Shown: positions 1 through 7,643 of the stretch, in pieces
Layout: each line of letters opens with the position of its first letter
Numbering within the stretch: the stretch's first letter is position 1
DNA from: Atribacterota bacterium
Lineage (GTDB): Bacteria; Atribacterota; Phoenicimicrobiia; Phoenicimicrobiales; Phoenicimicrobiaceae
Assembly (NCBI GenBank): GCA_038203565.1
Contig: JBBRDV010000029.1
Location: forward strand, 1 to 16,752
Direction of reading: 5' to 3'
DNA length: 16,752 bases
Notes under the pieces: generated by a model
The model's database searches: none
Told to the model about the DNA's origin: nothing
The model's input: the letters and a program-made list of their open reading frames with translations, nothing else
Made by a program: the position numbers and the translations under genes

Positions 1-252
1 TTAGTTTGAGGTTAGGATGAAAAAACATATTTTATTTGGGAAAATAAAATTAATTGCTACTAGTTAATCTTTTACTTACAGATAATTATAAATCTTCTTT
101 AAATGAGTGGGGTAATTTATTTTTAAATTTAAATACTACTAAAAATATAGAATAAGTAGCATATTATAAATAATTTTTCAAAAATCATTTATAATACCTA
201 AATATGAATTCAGATAGGTGTTATGATTATTTTTGTAGAAAAAGGAGAAAAG

Positions 253-645
253 ATGAGAAAAGTTAAAAAAATTAATTTAATCAGGTTTTTTTTAGTATTT
301 TTTGTAATTGTAGTGAGTATGGCAGGTTGTGGTGGTAATAGTAGCAATAACAACGAGAAATATGGTGTTAATATTACCGAAAAAGGAGTTGTCAATACAA
401 AAGACATTCTTGCTAATCCAGGTGAATATCTTGGTCAAACGGTCAGATTGGAAGGGACGATTGTCCGAGAATGCCCCTCAGGATGTTGGTTTTTTTTGGA
501 GGATAAGACAGGTACGATTTATGTAGATATTAATCCCTCCGGTCTTAGTATCCCTCCGAAGGTCGGGAAAAAAGTAGTTGTGGAAGGGGTACCGGAGAAT
601 AAAAATGGGAGAATAAGCATCGTTGGGAAAGGAGTTGAATTTTAA
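253..645 (+). CDS. Lipoprotein with OB-fold domain and CxxxC motif
   Basis: AAGGAG at 242-247 precedes ATG 253, which is preferred over the track's 223. Basic N-region, hydrophobic stretch, lipobox MAG-C, and a Ser/Asn linker. 'GQTVRLEGTIVRECPSGCWFFLEDKTGTIYVD...GKKVVVEG' is an OB-fold pattern. Confidence 0.75.
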   Translation: MRKVKKINLIRFFLVFFVIVVSMAGCGGNSSNNNEKYGVNITEKGVVNTKDILANPGEYLGQTVRLEGTIVRECPSGCWFFLEDKTGTIYVDINPSGLSIPPKVGKKVVVEGVPENKNGRISIVGKGVEF

Positions 646-1829
646 TGAAGTTTTTTATTTTAGCTTATAAGAATTTAAAACGTAGGAAATCCCGCTCTTT
701 TTTAACTATTGGTGGAGTAGCAGTAGCCGTAGCAGTTTTAGTCTGTCTTTTAGGTTTTAATGCCGGGTATCAGGGGGCATTAACCTCCGATATCGATAAG
801 ATGGGATATCAAGTTGTGGTCACTGCAAAAGGCTGCCCCTACGAGGCGGCGACCATGATACTTAACGGAGAAGCAGGGCTTAAATTTATAGATGAGGATA
901 TCTATAAACAAATAACCAGCGATCCAGATATTGACAAAATTACCCCCTTGCTTGCTCAGTTAGCTTATGACCCAGAAAAAATGGAGGGCAAAGGAGGATT
1001 TACCAACTATCTTGGAATTGAAGAGAGTTATATGCCGCTTAAACCAAATGTTGAAATTATAACAGGAGAATGGTTTTCGGGAAATGATGTCAATGAAGCA
1101 ATTTTAGGATATGACGCTGCAGAATCTGAAAAAAAATCAGTTGGTGATAAAATATCCATACCCGGAAAAGATATGACACTTACCATAGTCGGAATTTTTA
1201 ACAGGACAGGTTCCCAGGAAGATGGAACAGTGTTTTTACCTCTAAAAACAACTCAAAGAATCTTTGATATAGAAGGCAAATTGACCGGTATAGGAATTAA
1301 ACTGAAAAAAATTGAGAAGATTTCGGAATTCGAAGAGAGGTTATATCCGATGGCCAGCATCCAGGTGATAAGCATGAGCCAGGTTAAGGGGACCATCCTA
1401 AATCTGGTAAATTCAGCTAAAATATTGATTATGTCGGTGGCCTTTATTGCCATATTTGTAGCTATTATTGGGGTTATTAATACCATATTAATGAGCGTCT
1501 TTGAACGGACACAAGAAATAGGCATTATGAAGGCAATAGGAGCCTCAAGGTCAGATATATTTAAACTCATCTGGATGGAAACACTTATTATTTGTACTTT
1601 AGGTGGTATCTTTGGCTCAGTTATTGCGATTTTTGGTGGAAATTTGGTGGAACTTTTGGTAAGAAAAGTAATGCCTTATGCCCCGGGAGGCAAATTACTC
1701 TTGGTTACTCCAGAACTTTTACTATTTTCTTTCTTTGGAGTAATAATTATTGGAATAATTTCCGGATTGTATCCGGCATTTAGGGCGGCCTCCATGAGAC
1801 CTATTGAAGTAATAAGGAGTGGAGAATAA
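645..1829 (+). CDS. ABC transporter permease, MacB/FtsX/LolE (type VII) family
   Basis: N-terminal 'KNLKRRKSRSFLT' plus TM1, a large extracytoplasmic domain, the FtsX-domain motif 'SVFERTQEIGIMKAIGA', and C-terminal 'GLYPAFRAASMRPIEVIR'. TAATG overlap with the upstream gene. Confidence 0.93.
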   Translation: MKFFILAYKNLKRRKSRSFLTIGGVAVAVAVLVCLLGFNAGYQGALTSDIDKMGYQVVVTAKGCPYEAATMILNGEAGLKFIDEDIYKQITSDPDIDKITPLLAQLAYDPEKMEGKGGFTNYLGIEESYMPLKPNVEIITGEWFSGNDVNEAILGYDAAESEKKSVGDKISIPGKDMTLTIVGIFNRTGSQEDGTVFLPLKTTQRIFDIEGKLTGIGIKLKKIEKISEFEERLYPMASIQVISMSQVKGTILNLVNSAKILIMSVAFIAIFVAIIGVINTILMSVFERTQEIGIMKAIGASRSDIFKLIWMETLIICTLGGIFGSVIAIFGGNLVELLVRKVMPYAPGGKLLLVTPELLLFSFFGVIIIGIISGLYPAFRAASMRPIEVIRSGE

Positions 1830-2518
1830 TGAAAGATTTCGCCATAAGAGCTAATAAATTAAAAAAGATATATTCCTCGGTATTCGAAAAAATAGTTGCT
1901 TTAAAAGAGATAGATTTGGAAATTAAACCAGGTGAATTTGTTACCATAATGGGGCCATCGGGGGCAGGAAAGACTACCTTCTTAAATTTAGTTGGATGTT
2001 TAGATAAACCTACTTCCGGTGGATTAGATATTTTAGGGCATAACCCTATGGAACTTAATGAAGGAAAGCTTAGCCGTATCCGACTCGATAAAATTGGATT
2101 TGTATTTGAAGATTTTTTATTAGTTTCTTCCTTAAATGCCTTGGAAAATGTTCAGCTGCCCTTAATTTTTGCAAAAAATTTTAAAAATAATAATAGATCG
2201 AATGCTCTTTTAAAAAGAGTAGGATTAGATCATAGATTAACTCATTTTCCTAATGAATTAAGTGGAGGAGAATTACAGCGGGTGGCGGTAGCCAGGGCTC
2301 TAGTTAATAACCCTCAGATTCTCCTGGCTGATGAGCCTACCGGCAATCTGGATACTAAGAATGCCCAAGGACTTTTTGATCTTTTTCGAGAGCTCAACAG
2401 AGAAGAAGGCTTAACTATTGTAGTTGCTACTCATAACCTTAGATTAGGTCACTCAACTGACCGGATTATTCACTTAAATGATGGAAGAATAGAACAGGAT
2501 GAAAGGTTGGTGAAATAA
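1829..2518 (+). CDS. ABC transporter ATP-binding protein (LolD/MacB-like), copy 1
   Basis: Walker A GPSGAGKT, signature LSGGELQR, Walker B ILLADEPTGNLD, H-loop ATHN. Confidence 0.95.
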   Translation: MKDFAIRANKLKKIYSSVFEKIVALKEIDLEIKPGEFVTIMGPSGAGKTTFLNLVGCLDKPTSGGLDILGHNPMELNEGKLSRIRLDKIGFVFEDFLLVSSLNALENVQLPLIFAKNFKNNNRSNALLKRVGLDHRLTHFPNELSGGELQRVAVARALVNNPQILLADEPTGNLDTKNAQGLFDLFRELNREEGLTIVVATHNLRLGHSTDRIIHLNDGRIEQDERLVK

Positions 2519-2519
2519 G

Positions 2520-3215
2520 ATGGAAGCTAAAGTCATTTTGGAAGCGAAAAGTTTAAAAAAATATTATCAGAGAGGCTCAGAAGTAGTTAGGGCTCTCGAT
2601 GGGGTGGATTTTAACATTAGGGAGAGGGAAATTGTTTCTATTGTTGGCCCATCTGGTTCAGGTAAGACTACTTTAATGAATCTGATTGGTTGTCTTGATC
2701 AAGCTACTGAGGGAACCTTAAAAATTGTTAATCAGGAAGTTACTCCTCTGGGGGAAAATGATTTAATAAAAATCAGAAGGGAAAATATTGGTTTTGTCTT
2801 TCAAAGGTTTTACTTAATTCCAACCTTAACTGTTAGAGAAAACATAGAATTACCATTAATTTTTTCAAAAAAAACAATTAATCAGGAAAAAATATCTGAT
2901 TTATTAGAAGAAGTTGGCTTAAAAGGAAAAGAAAGAATTCAATTGAAATATCTTTCAGGAGGAGATAAACAGCGCACCGGTATCGCCAGGGCATTAGTTA
3001 ATGAACCAAAGGTAATTATTGCAGATGAACCCACAGGAAAATTGGAGACAAAAGTTAGAGGGCAAATTTTAGAGCTTTTTAAGAGTTTAAGCGAAAAAGG
3101 TCTGGCCATATGTATTGCTACCCATGACTTAGAATTAGCCCAGGCTACCCAAAGGATAATCCATCTTCAGGATGGGAAGATTGTTCCAAAGGAGAAATCT
3201 GATCTATATTATTGA
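2520..3215 (+). CDS. ABC transporter ATP-binding protein (LolD/MacB-like), copy 2
   Basis: Walker A GPSGSGKT, Q-loop GFVFQ, signature LSGGDKQR, Walker B IIADEPTGKLE, ATHD. Confidence 0.95.
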   Translation: MEAKVILEAKSLKKYYQRGSEVVRALDGVDFNIREREIVSIVGPSGSGKTTLMNLIGCLDQATEGTLKIVNQEVTPLGENDLIKIRRENIGFVFQRFYLIPTLTVRENIELPLIFSKKTINQEKISDLLEEVGLKGKERIQLKYLSGGDKQRTGIARALVNEPKVIIADEPTGKLETKVRGQILELFKSLSEKGLAICIATHDLELAQATQRIIHLQDGKIVPKEKSDLYY

Positions 3216-3227
3216 TAAAAATTTATC

Positions 3228-3295
3228 TCAAAGAAGATAAATATAAAGGAGAAAATCATGTCAAAGAAGATAAATATAAAGGAGAAGAGTATGTC
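3228..3295 (+). repeat. 33-bp-period tandem duplication covering RBS and start codon
   Basis: TCAAAGAAGATAAATATAAAGGAGAA occurs at 3228-3253 and 3261-3286. Each copy is followed by 4 nt and ATGTC. Confidence 0.95.
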
Positions 3296-3815
3296 CGTTA
3301 AAAATATAATAATTTTTTTTCTGGTAGGAGTAATAATTATATTGGGAGGTGTTTTAGTATTTAGTAATATCCAAAATAATTCTACTAATGCTACCCAGAA
3401 TAATCCTACTAGTACTACCCAAAATAATTCTTCTTCTAGTACTACCCAAAGTAGTTTTGGACCTCAACCAAAGATTCTGGTGTCAGAAGAAGAATGGGAT
3501 TTTGGAAAGGTGACCCAAGGTGAAAAGCCTACTCATATTTTTATGGTAAAAAATGAGGGAGAAGGAGATTTAGTTATTACAGGTGTTAAAGGATGTTGCC
3601 CCTGCATAGAAGTTTCAATTTCTAGTAACCTCATTAAACCTGGAGAGTCAGCTGAACTTAAAGTGTCCTATGATACTACTGATTATGTGGGAAAAGATGA
3701 AAAACATGTCTTTATTTATTCCAATGATCCTCAGGTACCAGATAAAAGAATTAGTTTATATGTTGAAACAGAAGTGTTTCAAATACCTAATCTGACACCT
3801 AATTTACAGAACTAA
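3258..3815 (+). CDS. Membrane-anchored DUF1573 (Ig-like) domain protein; alternative start at 3291
   Basis: N-terminal TM helix and Q/N/S/T linker, then 'WDFGKVTQGEKPTHIFMVKNEGEGDLVITGVKGCCPC...IKPGESAELKVSYDT...IYSNDP', the DUF1573 pattern. Confidence 0.85.
   Translation: MSKKINIKEKSMSVKNIIIFFLVGVIIILGGVLVFSNIQNNSTNATQNNPTSTTQNNSSSSTTQSSFGPQPKILVSEEEWDFGKVTQGEKPTHIFMVKNEGEGDLVITGVKGCCPCIEVSISSNLIKPGESAELKVSYDTTDYVGKDEKHVFIYSNDPQVPDKRISLYVETEVFQIPNLTPNLQN
3372..3449 (+). repeat. Intragenic tandem repeat (24, 24 and 27 bp units) encoding a QNNxTxxT linker
   Basis: CAAAATAATTCTACTAATGCTACC / CAGAATAATCCTACTAGTACTACC / CAAAATAATTCTTCTTCTAGTACTACC / CAA. Confidence 0.85.
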
Positions 3816-3879
3816 ATTAAGATAAAAAGGGCTGGATTTAATTTAAAGTTAAATTGAGAATCCTAAAAGGAAAAAATAA

Positions 3880-4779
3880 ATGAATATTTTAGAAGAAATT
3901 ACTAAACTAAAAAAAGAAAAAGATGCCATTATTCTAGTTCATAATTACCAGAGACCGGAGATTCAAGATATTGCCGATTTTTTAGGTGATTCGCTGGGAT
4001 TGGCAAAACAAGCTGCAGAGACAAAGGCCAGAATAATTGTTTTTTGTGGTGTACGTTTTATGGCAGAGACTGCCAAGATACTTTCGCCCGAAAAAATAGT
4101 TCTTCTCCCCAGGAAAGAGGCCGGATGCCCAATGGCAGATATGATTACAGCTGAAGATTTAAGGAGTTTAAAAAAGAAATATCCTGATGCAAAAGTAGTT
4201 TCTTATGTCAACACCAGTGCAGAGGTTAAGGCTGAATCAGATGTTTGTTGTACCTCGGCTAATGCCATAAAGGTGGTAAAGAATATTTGTACTGAGAAAA
4301 TAATCTTTACCCCCGATAAAAATCTTGCTGCCTATTGTCAGAGATTCACCGATAAAGAGATAATTCCCTGGAATGGATATTGTCATGTCCACGAAAAAAT
4401 AACCGAAGAAGAAGTACGATTAGCAAAAGAAAAACTTCCTGATGCTCTTCTTCTTATTCATCCAGAGTGTAATCCCTCAGTTATTGATCTTGCCGATGAG
4501 GTGTTATCGACTAGTGGGATGTTGAGTTTTGCGAAAAAATCGGATAAAAAAAGATTTCTTATAGGAACAGAGGAAGGATTAATCTACCGATTAAAAAAGG
4601 AAAATCCGGGGAAGGAGTTTTATACCGCAGGTACAGCTAAGATGTGTTTAAATATGAAATTGACTACTCTAAATGATGTATATTCTTCCTTGAAGGAAGA
4701 ATATTACCCTATCCAACTGAAAGAAGAGATTATTAAATCTGCCCAAAAGGCATTAATGGTAATGATGAAATATGTCTAA
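3880..4779 (+). CDS. nadA: Quinolinate synthase A ([4Fe-4S])
   Basis: Motifs HNYQ, GDSLGL, FCGVRFMAETAK, GCPMA, YVNTSA, CHVH, HPEC, GTEEG and CLNMK; all three cluster Cys are present. Confidence 0.97.
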   Translation: MNILEEITKLKKEKDAIILVHNYQRPEIQDIADFLGDSLGLAKQAAETKARIIVFCGVRFMAETAKILSPEKIVLLPRKEAGCPMADMITAEDLRSLKKKYPDAKVVSYVNTSAEVKAESDVCCTSANAIKVVKNICTEKIIFTPDKNLAAYCQRFTDKEIIPWNGYCHVHEKITEEEVRLAKEKLPDALLLIHPECNPSVIDLADEVLSTSGMLSFAKKSDKKRFLIGTEEGLIYRLKKENPGKEFYTAGTAKMCLNMKLTTLNDVYSSLKEEYYPIQLKEEIIKSAQKALMVMMKYV

Positions 4780-5854
4780 AGATAAAGTTATTGTAGGAAT
4801 GAGTGGCGGAGTTGATTCCTCTGTAGCTGCTGCTTTACTTAAAGAAGAAGGTTACGAGGTTACAGGGGTGACTATGAAAATATGGGATGGAGGGACTATT
4901 CCCAAAGCAGGGGCTCACCACGCCTGCTATGGTCCGGGCGAGGAAGAAGATATTAAAGATGCTCAAAAAGTAGCGGAGATATTGGGAATACCCTTTCACA
5001 TAGTTGATTTGAAACAGGAATACAAAACTGATGTTTTGGATTACTTTTTTAATGAATATTTGTCTGGAAGAACCCCCAATCCTTGTGTTGTATGTAACCG
5101 AAAAGTTAAATTTAATGCTCTGGTTGAAAGGGCGAGGGCTAATGGAATTAAGTTTGATTATTTTGCAACAGGCCATTATGCCCAACTAGAATATAGTAAG
5201 AAATGGAATCGCTATCTTCTCAAAAAAGCCAAAGACTTAAACAAAGATCAGTCATACTTCCTCTATTCTCTATTGCAGGGGCAGCTTGGGCATACTCTAT
5301 TTCCTCTTGGGGATTATACTAAAGAAGAAGTAAGAAAAATAGCCCGAGATTCGGGGCTTGGCATTAATGATAAGCCAGAGAGTCAGGATTTTATCACTGG
5401 TGATTATTCCTTTCTCTTTAGCGAAGCAATACGGTCCGGACCTATACTTAACAAGCAAGGTAAGATTTTAGGTGAGCATAAAGGAATTCCATTTTACACT
5501 GTGGGACAACGCAGAGGCTTGGGAATATCAGCCAGGGAGCGGTTATATGTGGTTTCCATTGAGCCTAAGAGAAATGCCATTATGGTAGGTACAAAAGATG
5601 ATTTGCTGGAAGACGAACTTATAGCTTCTAATTTAAACTGGATAGCTATAGAGAAATTAGAGAAACCTATTAGAGTAAAGGCAAAGATAAGGTACCTTCA
5701 TAAGGAGGCTGAGGCAGAAGTAATCCCTCTAGATAAAGAAAAGATCTATGTAAAATTTAGAGAACCGCAAATGGCAATTACTCCGGGGCAGTCGGTAGTT
5801 TTTTATGATGGAGATATAGTAGTTGGTGGTGGAGTGATAGAAAAAAGGATATAA
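4772..5854 (+). CDS. mnmA: tRNA U34 2-thiouridylase MnmA (CxxC type, atypical C-terminal Cys motif)
   Basis: PP-loop MSGGVDSS, GRTPNPCVVCN, ATGHYA, KDQSYFL, YTVGQRRGLG, KIRY and ITPGQSVVFY. Confidence 0.95.
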   Translation: MSKDKVIVGMSGGVDSSVAAALLKEEGYEVTGVTMKIWDGGTIPKAGAHHACYGPGEEEDIKDAQKVAEILGIPFHIVDLKQEYKTDVLDYFFNEYLSGRTPNPCVVCNRKVKFNALVERARANGIKFDYFATGHYAQLEYSKKWNRYLLKKAKDLNKDQSYFLYSLLQGQLGHTLFPLGDYTKEEVRKIARDSGLGINDKPESQDFITGDYSFLFSEAIRSGPILNKQGKILGEHKGIPFYTVGQRRGLGISARERLYVVSIEPKRNAIMVGTKDDLLEDELIASNLNWIAIEKLEKPIRVKAKIRYLHKEAEAEVIPLDKEKIYVKFREPQMAITPGQSVVFYDGDIVVGGGVIEKRI

Positions 5855-5856
5855 CA

Positions 5857-6648
5857 ATGAAAGAAAAACTTAAACATTTAAAAGAGATCATAAAAGAAAA
5901 GGATAGTTTAATGATTGCATTTTCAGGAGGGATAGATAGTTCTTTAGTTGCAAAGATTGCATATGAGGTATTAGGTAAAAAAGCACTGGCAGTAACCTTG
6001 AGTTCAGATACTTTTTCTAAAAGGGAATTAGAAAGTGCAAAAAAGATAGCAAAAGAGATTGGCGTTCCTCATATGATTGTAAAATCATCAGAGCTTGGTA
6101 ATGAAGCGTTCGTAAAGAACCCTGAGAATAGATGTTATTATTGTAAGAAAGAGGAGGCTATAGTTTTAAAAAGGATAGCAAATGAAAATGGAATAAAATA
6201 TATTGCGGATGGCGTAAATCTATCTGATTTTGATGAGCATAGGCCGGGTATAAAGGCATTGGATGAAGAAGATATCATCCATCCTTTAGTTGAAGCAAGA
6301 ATTAAAAAGTCAGATATCAAGGCAATGGCAAAGTTTTTAGGATTATCAAACTATAATATGCCTTCCACAACTTGTCTGTCATCCAGAATTTCGTATGGTG
6401 AAGAAATAACCACAGAAAAATTGAAAAGAATCGAGGAAGCGGAATCATTTATTCTATCTTCAGGATTCAGGCAGGTAAGGGTAAGGTGTCATAAAGATGT
6501 TGCGAGGATAGAAGTAGAAAAAGAGGAAATAGAAAAGGTTGTTAATTTTAGAGAAGAAATAGTAAGAAGATTAAAAACAGTCGGTTTCAAATACATTACC
6601 TTGGATTTGGAAGGATACAGATCAGGGAGTATGGATGAGGTATTATGA
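5857..6648 (+). CDS. larE: LarE-family ATP-dependent sulfur transferase (PP-loop)
   Basis: AFSGGIDSS, RCYYCK, DGVNLSDFDEHRPG, CLSSRISYG, VRVRCH..ARIEV and C-terminal TLDLEGYRSGSM. Confidence 0.92.
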   Translation: MKEKLKHLKEIIKEKDSLMIAFSGGIDSSLVAKIAYEVLGKKALAVTLSSDTFSKRELESAKKIAKEIGVPHMIVKSSELGNEAFVKNPENRCYYCKKEEAIVLKRIANENGIKYIADGVNLSDFDEHRPGIKALDEEDIIHPLVEARIKKSDIKAMAKFLGLSNYNMPSTTCLSSRISYGEEITTEKLKRIEEAESFILSSGFRQVRVRCHKDVARIEVEKEEIEKVVNFREEIVRRLKTVGFKYITLDLEGYRSGSMDEVL

Positions 6649-7643
6649 CTAAAGCAATAGGTTTGTTATCCGGTGGTTTAGATAGCACATTAGCAGTGAA
6701 GTTAATGATGAATCAAGGCATTGAAGTAACAGCCTTGAATTTTATCACTCCTTTTTGTACGTGCACCAAAAAGGGTTGTAGGCATGAAGCAAGTCGTGTA
6801 GCAAAAGAGTTTGTAATTAAGATAAAAGTAATCGCCGTGAAAGAAGATTATATAAAGATGGTAAAAAACCCAAAGCATGGATATGGAAAGAATATGAACC
6901 CCTGCATAGATTGCAGGATATTCATGCTGAAAAAAGCAAAGGAATATATGGAAGAAATGGGCGCATCTTTTTTATTCACGGGAGAAGTATTGGGTCAACG
7001 CCCGATGTCCCAGCGGAGGGAGGCGATGACAATCATAGAGAAAGAAGCAGGTCTGGAAGGTTTGATTCTGAGACCGCTTTCCGCTCAATTCTTGGAGCCC
7101 ACGATTCCAGAAAAAGAAGGATTGGTAGATAGGGAGAAATTATTTGGGATAAAAGGACGCTGGCGGAAACCACAGATGAAGTTAGCAGAGGAACTTAGTA
7201 TAAAAGATTATCAATGCCCGGCCGGTGGTTGTAGACTAACTGACTTACAATTTGCGAGAAGGATGAGAGAGGCATTTGATCATGGTGAAGATAGTATACG
7301 GGATATGATCCTTTTAAGATACGGGAGACATTTTAGGTTGTCAAGCGGTGTCAAGGTAATAGTTGGTAGAGATGAAGAAGAAAATTCGATAATATCCAAA
7401 TTTACTGAGGAAAAAGATTTATTGATGAAAGTGGTTAGGTTTGGTAGTCCAGTAACTCTTTTAAAGGGTAGCCGCGATGAAAGAGATATCAAAATGGCTG
7501 CATCGGTTTGCGTTAGGTACAGCGATTGTAAAGGAAAAGCGGAAGTTAGGATAGGTTGCAGAGAAAGATGGGAAAGAACTCTTTTTGTTGAACCGATTAA
7601 AGAAGAATTTAAAAAATATCTGATTGGAGGAATCTCTATATGA
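6645..7643 (+). CDS. ThiI/MnmA-like PP-loop thiouridylase-family protein with a C-terminal NFACT-R (DUF814)-like domain and no THUMP domain
   Basis: LSGGLDS near the N-terminus, NPKHGYGKNMNPCIDCR, TGEVLGQRPMSQ, CPAGGC, and C-terminal GRHFRL...KVIVGRDEEEN. Confidence 0.85.
   Translation: MTKAIGLLSGGLDSTLAVKLMMNQGIEVTALNFITPFCTCTKKGCRHEASRVAKEFVIKIKVIAVKEDYIKMVKNPKHGYGKNMNPCIDCRIFMLKKAKEYMEEMGASFLFTGEVLGQRPMSQRREAMTIIEKEAGLEGLILRPLSAQFLEPTIPEKEGLVDREKLFGIKGRWRKPQMKLAEELSIKDYQCPAGGCRLTDLQFARRMREAFDHGEDSIRDMILLRYGRHFRLSSGVKVIVGRDEEENSIISKFTEEKDLLMKVVRFGSPVTLLKGSRDERDIKMAASVCVRYSDCKGKAEVRIGCRERWERTLFVEPIKEEFKKYLIGGISI

Noticed and set aside
17..67. 16-codon ORF MKKHILFGKIKLIATS after GAGGT
   Set aside because: Too short and unrecognisable; upstream context lies outside the window.
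3834..3863. GGATT-TAATTTAA/TTAAATTG-AATCC inverted repeat before nadA
   Set aside because: AT-rich, bulged and without a U-tract; not supportable as a terminator or operator.
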